Positions 9,328-18,632 of a stretch of 64,000 nt of DNA are shown in pieces (position 1 is the first letter of the stretch; each line of letters begins with the position of its first letter). Source of the stretch: an uncultured Dehalococcoidia bacterium. Its GTDB lineage: Bacteria; Chloroflexota; Dehalococcoidia; Lucifugimonadales; Australimonadaceae. Under the pieces are notes generated by a model that had not been told where the DNA came from, ran no database searches, and saw only the letters and a program-made list of their open reading frames with translations. Location: NCBI GenBank assembly GCA_964560025.1, contig CAZLKC010000001.1:89010-153009 (forward strand), written 5' to 3'. The position numbers and the translations under genes were made by a program.

Positions 9328-9777
9328 CTACTCCGTTCCCAACTCGGCGGCGATGCGCCGGGTGAACTCCTGCCGCGTCTCCTCCGCTTTGCGCTTGACG
9401 GCGGAGTTGCCTAGCGTCGCCATACGCCCCGTCAGCGCGAAGTCGAGGCCATACTTGACCAGCGTTCCGCCGCTGGCCGCCTCTTCCAATTCAAGGGAGA
9501 GGCGATTGAGCTTGAGTCGGTTGCCCATCCGGTCTTGGCCGCCCCCCGACACCACCACCCGCTCCATCTCCACCGCCTCCTCGACGGCGAGGTCGAGGTC
9601 GAAGGCGACCTTGAACGGGCCGACGCGCTGGACGACGCGGGCGCGGTAGGCGTCCGGCCCGGCCGATTCGATCGACTCGCAGCCCGGCAGGCAGCGGGCG
9701 ACGCGCGGCAGGTCCCAGAAGAGGCGCCACACTTCGCTCGGCGGCGCGCCCACGCTGAATTCGTCGCTCATCTGCAT
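9328..9777 (-). CDS. CoxG-like SRPBCC family protein (carbon monoxide dehydrogenase subunit G family)
   Basis: 149 aa, FSVGAPPSEVWRLFWDLPRVARCLPGCES... matches the CoxG/SRPBCC N-terminal pattern. Sits between the LLM and UbiD genes on the same strand with 3-6 nt gaps. Confidence 0.7.
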   Translation of the reverse strand: MQMSDEFSVGAPPSEVWRLFWDLPRVARCLPGCESIESAGPDAYRARVVQRVGPFKVAFDLDLAVEEAVEMERVVVSGGGQDRMGNRLKLNRLSLELEEAASGGTLVKYGLDFALTGRMATLGNSAVKRKAEETRQEFTRRIAAELGTE

Positions 9778-9780
9778 GCC

Positions 9781-10788
9781 CTACCCCTTCCCTTTCCCAG
9801 GCGCATTAATCACGCCCTCGGCGAACCGCAGCAGGTACTCCTTGCGCGCCTCGAGGCCCTTCGGCAGGTTGTAGAAAGTCACGTTCACGAAGTCTATGCC
9901 TTGCTCGGCCAACGCGCCGAACCCCTCTAAGCAGTCCTGCGCATTGCCCGTAACCGCCCAGTCCTCGACATTGGACTCCTCGCCGATGTTGATGCGCACC
10001 ATCGTGTCCTCCTGCATGTCCCACGTGCGGTACATACGGTAGGACGCCTCGGCGGCCTCGGCGGCCTGCTCGGCCGCGATGCGCTTGTCGTCCGCGAACG
10101 CCACGCCGCGCGAGATAGTCAGGCGACCTGGACTGGCGTTGTGCGCCGCGCGTTCGTCGCGGTAGGCCACGGCGAGCGCGGGCACGTCGGCGAACCCTAT
10201 TTGCGGTGCGAGGTAGCAGGCGTCGGCGATGCGCGCCGCCCGCCTGACGGCGCCGCCGCTCTGGCACGCGATCCAGATGGGCGGGTGCGGCTTCTGCACC
10301 GGTGTGAAGCCCATCCGCGCGCCCTCCAACCGCCAGTGCTCGCCTGCGTGATCGACCGCCTCCCCCTGCCACAAGCGCTTCATCGCCTCGATCGACTCGG
10401 TCAGACGCGGGGCGCGCTCCTTGCGCGTCGCCCCCACCACGGCCAGTTCCGCCTCGCGGTAGCCGATGCCCACGCCGAAGATGACGCGCCCCTTGGAGAG
10501 CTGGTCAAGCGTCGCCACCTCCTCGGCGGCCAGCACCGGGTTGTACAGCGGCAGCAGCACGATGCCCGTCAGCAGGTTCATCTCGCCCGTCTCGGGAACG
10601 AGACGGGCGAGCGTCTGGAAGGGCTGCGGCCACACGGTGGGGTGCGAGATCCAGTGCTGCGGCATCGTTACGGTCGAGAATCCCGCGTCGCGCGCAACGT
10701 GGCATATCTCCACCAGGTCGTCGAACTGCTCGTGGAGAGGCCGCGCGCGGTCGGTGAGGAAGGAGCGGAGGTAGAGGCCGTACTGCAT
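9781..10788 (-). CDS. LLM-class (luciferase-like) flavin/F420-dependent oxidoreductase
   Basis: 335 aa, MQYGLYLRSF...GFSTVTMPQHW...GRVIFGVGIGY is the typical bacterial luciferase-like fold pattern. Confidence 0.85.
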   Translation of the reverse strand: MQYGLYLRSFLTDRARPLHEQFDDLVEICHVARDAGFSTVTMPQHWISHPTVWPQPFQTLARLVPETGEMNLLTGIVLLPLYNPVLAAEEVATLDQLSKGRVIFGVGIGYREAELAVVGATRKERAPRLTESIEAMKRLWQGEAVDHAGEHWRLEGARMGFTPVQKPHPPIWIACQSGGAVRRAARIADACYLAPQIGFADVPALAVAYRDERAAHNASPGRLTISRGVAFADDKRIAAEQAAEAAEASYRMYRTWDMQEDTMVRINIGEESNVEDWAVTGNAQDCLEGFGALAEQGIDFVNVTFYNLPKGLEARKEYLLRFAEGVINAPGKGKG

Positions 10789-10911
10789 AGATAGAGCGCC
10801 TGCGCTAGGTAGGGGTTGGTGGTCAGGCTATCACGAACGGGCGCCCGCCTTGTAGCGGCGGGGCGCGCCGCCTAGCATAGCGCCCGCCAATCACTTGAAA
10901 GCGAATCGCCC

Positions 10912-11769
10912 GTGAGACCCTTCAGCCTCCACGAACCAACCTCTGCCGCGGAGGCGTCCGCCGTGCTGCTGGAGCGCGGCGATTCGGCGCGCCTCTACGC
11001 GGGCGGCACCGAGTTGCTGCTGGCGATGAAGGGCGGCTTCCTGCCCTGCGACCACCTGGTGAACGTGAAGACCATCCCCGGCATGGACGCTATCGCGCTC
11101 GACGGCAGCGCCCTGGTCATCGGCGCGGCGGCCACGCACGCGGCCATCGAGCGAGCGCCTATCGTGCGCGAGCGCTTCCCGCTCGTCGCGCAGGTCGAAC
11201 GCCGCGTCGCCAACGTGCGCGTCCGCAACGTCGGCACGCTCGCGGGCAACCTCTGTTTCGCCGAACCGCACTCCGACCCTGCCGCGCTGCTGCTGCTCTA
11301 CGACGCGGAGGCGGCAGTCGAGAGCGCGTCCGCCAAACGGCGCATCCCCATCGCCGACCTGCAGACCGCGCCGTACGAAGCGGCGCTCGAACCCTGCGAA
11401 ATAATGACCGCCGTCCGCATCCCGCCGCTGCCCGAAGGCGCGCAGGCGGCCTACCTGAAGTTCGGCATCCACCACCGGCCCACCGTCGGCGTCGGCGCGA
11501 TGCTGCGCGTCGTGGACGGCGTGGTCGCCGAGGCGCGCCTATCGCTGGGCAGCGTCCCGCCGGTGGCGCGGCGCCTCCCCGAGGCTGAGACGTTGCTGCT
11601 CGGCGAGCGCGCCAATTGCCTAGACGTAGACTCCCCCGCCGCGAGAGCCGCCGCCGACGCAGCGTCGGCGCGGGCGGACGCGGTGGACGACCTCCACGGC
11701 AGCGCGGAGTACAAGCGCCACCTGGTGCGCGTGTTCGTGCGCCGCGCCATAGCGCAGGCGGCGGCATGA
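10912..11769 (+). CDS. Molybdenum hydroxylase set 2, FAD-binding medium subunit
   Basis: GTG start. MRPFSLHEPTSAAEA..YAGGTELLLAMK and the C-terminal DDLHGSAEYKRHLVRVFVRR motif. The stop overlaps the next ATG. Confidence 0.9.
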   Translation: MRPFSLHEPTSAAEASAVLLERGDSARLYAGGTELLLAMKGGFLPCDHLVNVKTIPGMDAIALDGSALVIGAAATHAAIERAPIVRERFPLVAQVERRVANVRVRNVGTLAGNLCFAEPHSDPAALLLLYDAEAAVESASAKRRIPIADLQTAPYEAALEPCEIMTAVRIPPLPEGAQAAYLKFGIHHRPTVGVGAMLRVVDGVVAEARLSLGSVPPVARRLPEAETLLLGERANCLDVDSPAARAAADAASARADAVDDLHGSAEYKRHLVRVFVRRAIAQAAA

Positions 11770-12248
11770 GCAACGCAACGACCCGGATCCGTGTCGCCTT
11801 CGAGGTCAACGGACGCTCCGTCGAGGCGGACGTCGAGCCACGCGCGTTCCTCATCGACCTGCTGCGCGACGAGTTTGGGCTGACGAGCGTCAAGCGCTCC
11901 TGCGACGTGCAGGTGTGCGGCGCGTGCGCCGTGCTGCTGGACGGGCAGCCGGTGAGTTCCTGCACGCTTCCCGCGTTCGAGACGCGCGGGCGCAGTGTGC
12001 TGACGGCGGAGGGCCTGGCGGACGAACCGCTGGGCGAGGCACTCGCCCGCGCGTTCGCACAGCATGCCGCATTCCAATGCGGCTTCTGCACGCCCGGCCT
12101 GCTGCTCACCGCCAAGGCGCTGCTTGACGCCATCCCCACGCCTTCTCCCGACGAGGTTGCCGAACACCTGGAGGGCAACCTATGCCGCTGCACCGGCTAC
12201 AAGAAGATCGTCGAGGCCGTCTTGGCCGCTGCGGAGACCGCCCGATGA
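11766..12248 (+). CDS. Molybdenum hydroxylase set 2, [2Fe-2S] small subunit
   Basis: Start MSNATTRIRVAFEVNG inside track ORF 11616..12248. Motifs CDVQVCGACAV, QCGFCTPGL and NLCRCTGY. Confidence 0.9.
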   Translation: MSNATTRIRVAFEVNGRSVEADVEPRAFLIDLLRDEFGLTSVKRSCDVQVCGACAVLLDGQPVSSCTLPAFETRGRSVLTAEGLADEPLGEALARAFAQHAAFQCGFCTPGLLLTAKALLDAIPTPSPDEVAEHLEGNLCRCTGYKKIVEAVLAAAETAR

Positions 12249-14485
12249 GCGGGCCCTTCTTCCACACGGTGGGCCAGGCCGTCCCGCGCGTCGACGCGGA
12301 GGAGAAGACGTCGGGCCGCGCCAAGTACACGACCGACCTCGCGCTGCCCGGCATGGCCTACGCCAAGCTCGCCCTCAGCCCCTTGCCCCACGCGCGCATC
12401 GTGAGCATCGACGCCTCCCGCGCCCGCGTCCTCCCCGGCGTCTACGCCGTCCTCACCGCCGCCGACCTCACCGGGATGGAGACGCACTACGGCTCCGACC
12501 GCAAAGACCGCCCCATCGTAGCGATGGGCAAGGTGCGCTTCGAAGGCGAACCTATCGCGGCGGTGGCCGCCGCCGACCTGTCCACCGCCGAAGCCGCCGT
12601 CGAGCTCATCGAGGCGGAGTACGAGGAGTTGCCGCCGGTCATCGGCCTCGACGCGGCGCTCGCCGCGAGCGGAGAGCCTGTGCAGGAGAGCAACGTCTGC
12701 CACCGCTACGAGGTGGCGTGGGGCGACGCGGCGCGCGCTATGGCGAAGTGCGACCACGTGTTCGAGGACACATTCACCTTCCCGATGGTCTACCACTACG
12801 CGATGGAGCCGCACGCAGTCGTCGCCGACTACCAGCCCGACCGTCTCAGCGTCTGGTCGTCGGCGCAGCACCCTTTCCTGGTGCGCGCGGAGTTGGCGCG
12901 CGTCTTCCGCAAGCGCCTCGACCAGGTGCGCGTGGTGGTTCCCTACGTGGGCGGCGGCTACGGCAGCAAGTCCTACACCAAGATAGAGCCGCTCGCCGCC
13001 GCGCTCAGCCGCCTCGCCGCGCGCCCCGTGCGCCTTGCGCTGTCGGTGGAGGAGGCGATGAAGACCGTGCGCCGCCACGGCACGCGCGCCACGATCCGCA
13101 CCGGCGTGCGCGCCGACGGAACGTTCGTCGCGCGCGAGTGCCGCGTCGAACTCGACACCGGCGCCTACACCGACAACGGCGTGCGCGTAACCGAACGCGC
13201 CGCCGACCGCCTCCCCGGCCCCTACCGCTTCGAGCACCTGCGCAGCGAGGCCGTCGGCCTCTTCACCAACACCACGCCGGCCGGGTCGTTCCGCTCCATC
13301 GGCGGCCCGCAAGGCGCGTGGGCGTGCGAATCGCACACCGACAACATCGCCCACACGCTTGGCATAGACCCCCTCGAATTGCGCTTGAAGAACCTCGCTC
13401 GTCCGGGCGAGGAGTTGCTGCGCGGGTGCCGCCCCCTCGAGGCCGACCTGGCCGCGCCGCTTGCGGAGACGGCGCGCGAGTTCGGCTGGCACGACTACAA
13501 GCCCGCCCCGGCGACGCCCCACCTCAAGCGTGGCGTCGGCATGGCCTGCGCTGTCGCCAACGCGGGCGCGAGCCCCATCTCCGGCGCGTTCGTCCGCCTC
13601 CATGCGGACGGCAGCGCCACCGTGCACGTGGGCACGACGGAGATCGGCCAAGGCTCCCGCTCCGCCTTGGCGCAGATTGCCGCCGAGGAGCTGCGGTTGC
13701 CCCTGGGTAGCGTGCGCGTCATCGCGTCCGACACGGACGCAGTTCCCTACGACCGCTCCACCGGCGCGAGCCGTTCCACTACGCTCGCGGGCCTCGCCGT
13801 CCATGACGCGGCGGCGGACGCGCGGGCGCAGGCGGCGGACGCGGCGGCGCGCTACTTCGAGACGTTCGCGGAGCAGGTGACGCTCGCGGAGGGCGCCGCC
13901 TCGTTCGGGGGCGAGAGCGTCTCCTACGGCGCGCTCATCGCGCAGGTGTTCGGCGGCGCGGGAGGCGAGATCGTCGGGCGCAGCGCCATCACGCCCAACC
14001 ATCCCTCCGGCAAACTGGCCGAGGATCCGGTCTTCTGGGAGGTGAGCATGGGCTTCGCCGAGGTGGAGGTGGACACCGAGACGGGGCGCGTGCGCGTCCT
14101 GCGCTACACCTCCGTCGCCGACCCCGGCAAGGCGATCAACCCCGCGCAAGTGGAAGGCCAGGACGAGGGCGCGGCGATGCAAGGCGTCGGCCACACGCTA
14201 TTCGAGGAGATGCGCTACGAGGAAGGGCAGTTGATGAACCCGAACCTGATCGACTACCGCGTGCCTACGTTCGGGGACCTGCCGGACGAATTCCACACGG
14301 TGCTGTTGGAGCGCGGCGACGGGCCCGGCCCCTACGGCGCCAAGGGCGTCGGCGAGGGGGGAATCGTCGCCGTAGCCCCGGCGGTCGCCAACGCGCTCTT
14401 CAACGCAACCGGCGCGCGCGTCCGCGACCTGCCTCTCACCCCGGAGCGGGTGTGGCGCGCGCTGAGGGAGGCCGCCGATGCGTAG
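12245..14485 (+). CDS. Molybdenum hydroxylase set 2, molybdopterin-binding large subunit
   Basis: Start MSGPFFHTVGQAVPRVDAEEKTSGRAKYT inside track ORF 12182..14485 (ATGA overlap with S2). Motifs YVGGGYGSK and GAKGVGEGGIV. Confidence 0.9.
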   Translation: MSGPFFHTVGQAVPRVDAEEKTSGRAKYTTDLALPGMAYAKLALSPLPHARIVSIDASRARVLPGVYAVLTAADLTGMETHYGSDRKDRPIVAMGKVRFEGEPIAAVAAADLSTAEAAVELIEAEYEELPPVIGLDAALAASGEPVQESNVCHRYEVAWGDAARAMAKCDHVFEDTFTFPMVYHYAMEPHAVVADYQPDRLSVWSSAQHPFLVRAELARVFRKRLDQVRVVVPYVGGGYGSKSYTKIEPLAAALSRLAARPVRLALSVEEAMKTVRRHGTRATIRTGVRADGTFVARECRVELDTGAYTDNGVRVTERAADRLPGPYRFEHLRSEAVGLFTNTTPAGSFRSIGGPQGAWACESHTDNIAHTLGIDPLELRLKNLARPGEELLRGCRPLEADLAAPLAETAREFGWHDYKPAPATPHLKRGVGMACAVANAGASPISGAFVRLHADGSATVHVGTTEIGQGSRSALAQIAAEELRLPLGSVRVIASDTDAVPYDRSTGASRSTTLAGLAVHDAAADARAQAADAAARYFETFAEQVTLAEGAASFGGESVSYGALIAQVFGGAGGEIVGRSAITPNHPSGKLAEDPVFWEVSMGFAEVEVDTETGRVRVLRYTSVADPGKAINPAQVEGQDEGAAMQGVGHTLFEEMRYEEGQLMNPNLIDYRVPTFGDLPDEFHTVLLERGDGPGPYGAKGVGEGGIVAVAPAVANALFNATGARVRDLPLTPERVWRALREAADA

Positions 14486-15044
14486 GATCATCCTCGCTAT
14501 CACCGGCTCGTCCGCGCCTATCTACGGCGTCGCGGCGCTCGAGGCGTTGCGCGCGAGCGAGGGCGTGGAGACGCACCTGGTGGTGTCGGAGGGCGCGCGG
14601 GAGTCGCTCCGCCACGAGGCGCCGGAGTGGACGCCGGAGCGCCTGGCGGCGCTGGCGGACGTCTCCTACGCGCCGAACGACATGGCGGCGGCAATATCGA
14701 GCGGCTCCTTCAAGACGGACGGCATGCTGATCGCGCCCTGCTCGATGAAGACGCTGGCCGCCGTCGCCAACGGCTACTCCGGCGACCTCATCGCCCGCGC
14801 CGCCGACGTGTGCCTCAAGGAGCGCCGCCGCCTCGTGCTGCTGCCGCGCGAGACGCCCCTCAACCGCGCGCACCTGGTCAATATGCTTGCGGTCAACGAT
14901 ATGGGCGGGGTGCTGCTCCCCCCCGTGCCCGCCTTCTACGGACGCCCCGAATCCATCCGCGACCTGGTCGACCACGCCATCGGCAAGGCGCTCGACCTGC
15001 TCGGCGTTCCCCACGCGCTGTTCCGACGGTGGGGCGGGGGATAA
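14478..15044 (+). CDS. ubiX: UbiX flavin prenyltransferase (prFMN synthase)
   Basis: 188 aa. RIILAITGSSAPIYG, CSMKTLAAVANG and LVLLPRETPL are classic UbiX/Pad1 motifs. The start overlaps the 3' end of L2 by 8 nt. Confidence 0.9.
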   Translation: MRRIILAITGSSAPIYGVAALEALRASEGVETHLVVSEGARESLRHEAPEWTPERLAALADVSYAPNDMAAAISSGSFKTDGMLIAPCSMKTLAAVANGYSGDLIARAADVCLKERRRLVLLPRETPLNRAHLVNMLAVNDMGGVLLPPVPAFYGRPESIRDLVDHAIGKALDLLGVPHALFRRWGGG

Positions 15045-15049
15045 GCGCG

Positions 15050-15463
15050 ATGTCCCGCTCCGTCGGCGTCACGCTGCCTGAGCCGCTGCTCGCGGCGTTG
15101 GCCGCTCCCGCAGCCGCTGAGCGCGCCGCGGTAGCGCTGACCGTAGACGCGGCGGGGCGCCCCCACCCGGCGCTGCTGACCTACGACTCCGTGCGCCCGC
15201 AAGGCGACGGCGCGCTGCGCGTGGAATTCGCGGATGAGAGCGCATCCGCCGCCAACCTGCGCGCCAACGGGGTGCTCACGCTCGCCTTCGTGGACGAGGC
15301 GATGGCCTACTACGTCAAGTGCGGCGGCGCGGTGATTGACGGGGGCGCCGCGCGCATGGCGCGCTTCCTGCTGCGCGTGGATGAGGTGCTCGCCGACGCT
15401 CCGGCGGCGCACGAGGTTGGCGCTTCCATCCGAACAGGGATAACCTTTCACGGCGGCGCTTAG
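15050..15463 (+). CDS. Small protein, possibly a PNPOx-like split-barrel flavin-binding protein
   Basis: Start MSRSVGVTLPEP inside track ORF 14627..15463. The segment ALTVDAAGRPHPALLTYDSV resembles the 'T-vd-dG-P-h' pattern of the pyridoxamine-phosphate-oxidase-like family. The assignment is weak. Confidence 0.45.
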   Translation: MSRSVGVTLPEPLLAALAAPAAAERAAVALTVDAAGRPHPALLTYDSVRPQGDGALRVEFADESASAANLRANGVLTLAFVDEAMAYYVKCGGAVIDGGAARMARFLLRVDEVLADAPAAHEVGASIRTGITFHGGA

Positions 15464-15477
15464 CCCGCTCCCTGTCT

Positions 15478-16341
15478 ATGCGCAACTTCGAATACGCCCA
15501 ACCCGCCACCGCCAGCGAGGCAAGCCGCCTGCTTGCCGGCAGCGACGACGCCATGGCGCTCGGCGGCGGCACCGCCGCGGTGGTGCTGCTCCACCTAGGC
15601 CTGCTGCGCCCGGGCCTGGTCGTCGACCTGGGCGGCGCGGCGGAACTCCACGGCGTGGAGCGACGCAACGGGGGCATGCGCGTCGGCGCGCTGACCACCA
15701 TCCGCGCGCTGGAGACCTCCACCGCGATTGGCGCTGCCTATCCGATCCTGGCCGAGGCCGCGTCGCAGGTGGGCAGCGTGCGCGTCCGCAACGCCGCCAC
15801 CGTCGGCGGCGCTGTCGCCTACGGCGAGCCGCAGACCGACGTTCCTAGCGCCCTCATCGCCCTTGGCGCGCAGATCGAGGCGCAGCACGGCGATGAGCGG
15901 CGCTCGCTGCCTCTGGCCGACTTCTTCCACGGCCCCTACGAGACCGACCTGGCGCACGGCGAAATCGTGAGCGCCCTATCGCTTCCCGCGCCTCAAGCGC
16001 GCACGGGCGGCTGCCACGTCAAGTTCACCATCGGCTCGATGGAGCACAAGCCTGTGGCCAATGCCTCCGCCGTCGTAACGCTGGACGCGGACGGCGCGTG
16101 CCGCGAAGCGCGCGTCGTCGTCGGCGCCGTCGGGCCCACGCCGCTAGTAGCGAAGCGGGCTGCTCACGCACTGCTGGGCGCGCCCATCGGCGAGGCCGCC
16201 GCGCAAGAGGCGGCGCGCATAGCAAGCGAGGACGCCGAGCCCATCGACGACCTGCGCGGCTCCGCGTGGTACAAGCGCCGCATCGTCCGCGTGCTCGTCG
16301 AGCGGGCGCTGCGCCGCGCAGCAGAGCGGGCGGCGGCATGA
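15478..16341 (+). CDS. Molybdenum hydroxylase set 3, FAD-binding medium subunit
   Basis: MRNFEYAQPATASEA..LGGGTAAVVLL and the C-terminal DDLRGSAWYKRRIVRVLVER. The stop overlaps the next ATG. Confidence 0.9.
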   Translation: MRNFEYAQPATASEASRLLAGSDDAMALGGGTAAVVLLHLGLLRPGLVVDLGGAAELHGVERRNGGMRVGALTTIRALETSTAIGAAYPILAEAASQVGSVRVRNAATVGGAVAYGEPQTDVPSALIALGAQIEAQHGDERRSLPLADFFHGPYETDLAHGEIVSALSLPAPQARTGGCHVKFTIGSMEHKPVANASAVVTLDADGACREARVVVGAVGPTPLVAKRAAHALLGAPIGEAAAQEAARIASEDAEPIDDLRGSAWYKRRIVRVLVERALRRAAERAAA

Positions 16342-18632
16342 GGGTCGTCGGCAGTTCGCCCCCCACGCTCGAGGCGGAGGACAAGGTCGCCGGGCGCACG
16401 CGCTACCTGCCCGACGAGGTAATCCCGGGGATGGCGCACGCCAAGGTGCTGCGCAGCCCCTACGCCCACGCGCTCCTCGTCTCCATCGACGCGTCGCAAG
16501 CGCGCGCCCTGCCCGGCGTGGTCTGCGTGCTGACGCGCGACGAGGTGCTGGCCGACCCGCGCGTCGAGAACCTCTACGGCTACGTGTTCAGGGACGCGCC
16601 GCTGGTCGCCATCGATCGCGTGCGCTACCAGGGCGACATCGTCGCGGTGGTCGTCGCCGAGGACGCGCACACGGCGGAAGAGGCGCTCGAACTCATCGAC
16701 GTTGAATACGAGGAGCTGCCGCGCCTGCTGGACGCAGAGGACGCGATGCGTCCGGACGCGCCCCTCATCCACGAGCATATGTATCCCATCGCGTCGGAAC
16801 TGCGCCCCATCGAGGGGACGAACGTCTGCCACCGCTCGACTTTGGAGACGGGCGACGTGGAGCAGGGGTTCGCGGAGGCGGACGCGGTGTTCGAGGACGT
16901 GTACGAGGCGCCGCCCGTCCAGCACTGCGCGCTGGAACTGCACGCCGTGGTAGCCGACGTGCGCGACGACACGACGACCGTCTGGACGAACTGCCAGGCG
17001 CCGTTCCCCTTGAAGGCGGAGTTGGAGCGCATCTTCAAGCGCCCGGCGCGCGTCATCGTCTCCTATGTCGGCGGCGGGTTCGGCAGCAAGAGCCGCGACC
17101 GCATCGAGTCGGTCGTCGCAGCGGCGTCCAACTTAGCCAAGCGCCCGGTGCGGCTCGTGCTCACGCAGGAGGAGACCTTCCTCGCCGGGTACATCCGCCC
17201 CGCGTTCAAGTGCTGGATCAAGACGGGCGTAACGCGCGAGGGAATCATCACCGCGCGCTCCTACCGCTTCATCACCGACGTAGGCGCCTACGCCATCACC
17301 GGCGCGCGCAGCGCCAACAACACCGTCAAGGTGGCCACCGGCCCCTACCGCATCCCCAACGCCTTCGTCGAGTGCTTCGCCGTCTACACCAACAAGCCTC
17401 CCTCCGCGCCTTATCGCGGCCTGCCCACCACCCAGCACACGATGGCCTACGAAACGCAGTTCGACCGCATCGCCGACGAACTCGGCGTCGACCGCGTCGA
17501 GATACGCAAGCGCAACCTGCTGAAGGACGGCGACGTCCACGTAACGGGCGACCTCATCCGCTCCTCGCACGTGGCCGAGTGCCTAGACGGCGCGGTGGAG
17601 GCGCTGAGCGGCCCCGCGCCCGCCAACGACGAGCGGACGCTGCGAGGGCGCGGCTTCGGCTGCACCATCAAGTACACGCTCACGCCGCCTCAGCCCTCTG
17701 TCGAATCGGAAGCCGCCGTCGAGTTGGGCGCGGACGGGCGCTTCGAGGTGCGCGTCGCCACCGTCAACATCGGCCAAGGCTCCGACACTACGATGGCGCA
17801 GATAGCGGCGGAGGCGCTGGGCGTCGGCTTGGAGCGCGTGCGCGTCGTCCACAGCGACACCGCCCTCGTGCCGCCCGACAGCAGCACCACCGCCAGCCGC
17901 TCCACCTACCATATGGGCAACGCCGTGCTGGACGCCGCCTCGCGGCTGCGCGCCGAGGTGCTGGAGGTCGCGGCGGGGCTCTTGGAGGAGGAGCCGGACG
18001 CGCTCCGCCTCGACGGCGGCGGGGTGCGCCTCGCGTCCGCCCCCGAGCGGCGCGTCGCGCTCGACGAACTGGTCGCCGCCAACGGCGCGCCCCTTGTCCA
18101 ATACGGCCAATGCGAGGTCGGCGGCGAGTATGTGGACGAGCAGGGCAAGCGCTACCCCGTCGCCTCCACCTTCTGGACGTTCGCGGCGGCGGGCGCCGAG
18201 GTTGCGGTGTCGCGGGAGACGGGGCAGATCACGCTGTCGAGGGTCTCCTGCGCCGTGAACGTCGGCAAGGCGGTCAACCCCGTCTCCGTCCACAAGCAGA
18301 TCGAGGGCGGCCTGGGCATGGAGCTCGGCCCCACGCTGTTCGAGCGCCTCGTGTGGGACGGCGACGGCCAACTGCTCACCTCCTCGCTGCTCGACTACCC
18401 GCTGCCCACGATGTCCACGATGCCGCGCTACGAGACGGCGCTAGTGGAGCCCGGCTTCCCCGGCGGCCCCTACGGCGCCAAGGGGATGGGCGAGGTCGGC
18501 TCCGTCGTCCTGCCCGCCGCCGTGCTCAACGCCGTCTACGACGCCACCGGCGTCCGTTTCCACAGCGTCCCGCTCCACCCCGAGGCCGTCCTGCGCGCGC
18601 TGGAAGAGGCGGGAGAGGCGGCCGATGGCTAG
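16338..18632 (+). CDS. Molybdenum hydroxylase set 3, molybdopterin-binding large subunit
   Basis: Start MRVVGSSPPTLEAEDKVAGRTRYLPD inside track ORF 16098..18632. Motifs YVGGGFGSK and GAKGMGEVGSV. Confidence 0.9.
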   Translation: MRVVGSSPPTLEAEDKVAGRTRYLPDEVIPGMAHAKVLRSPYAHALLVSIDASQARALPGVVCVLTRDEVLADPRVENLYGYVFRDAPLVAIDRVRYQGDIVAVVVAEDAHTAEEALELIDVEYEELPRLLDAEDAMRPDAPLIHEHMYPIASELRPIEGTNVCHRSTLETGDVEQGFAEADAVFEDVYEAPPVQHCALELHAVVADVRDDTTTVWTNCQAPFPLKAELERIFKRPARVIVSYVGGGFGSKSRDRIESVVAAASNLAKRPVRLVLTQEETFLAGYIRPAFKCWIKTGVTREGIITARSYRFITDVGAYAITGARSANNTVKVATGPYRIPNAFVECFAVYTNKPPSAPYRGLPTTQHTMAYETQFDRIADELGVDRVEIRKRNLLKDGDVHVTGDLIRSSHVAECLDGAVEALSGPAPANDERTLRGRGFGCTIKYTLTPPQPSVESEAAVELGADGRFEVRVATVNIGQGSDTTMAQIAAEALGVGLERVRVVHSDTALVPPDSSTTASRSTYHMGNAVLDAASRLRAEVLEVAAGLLEEEPDALRLDGGGVRLASAPERRVALDELVAANGAPLVQYGQCEVGGEYVDEQGKRYPVASTFWTFAAAGAEVAVSRETGQITLSRVSCAVNVGKAVNPVSVHKQIEGGLGMELGPTLFERLVWDGDGQLLTSSLLDYPLPTMSTMPRYETALVEPGFPGGPYGAKGMGEVGSVVLPAAVLNAVYDATGVRFHSVPLHPEAVLRALEEAGEAADG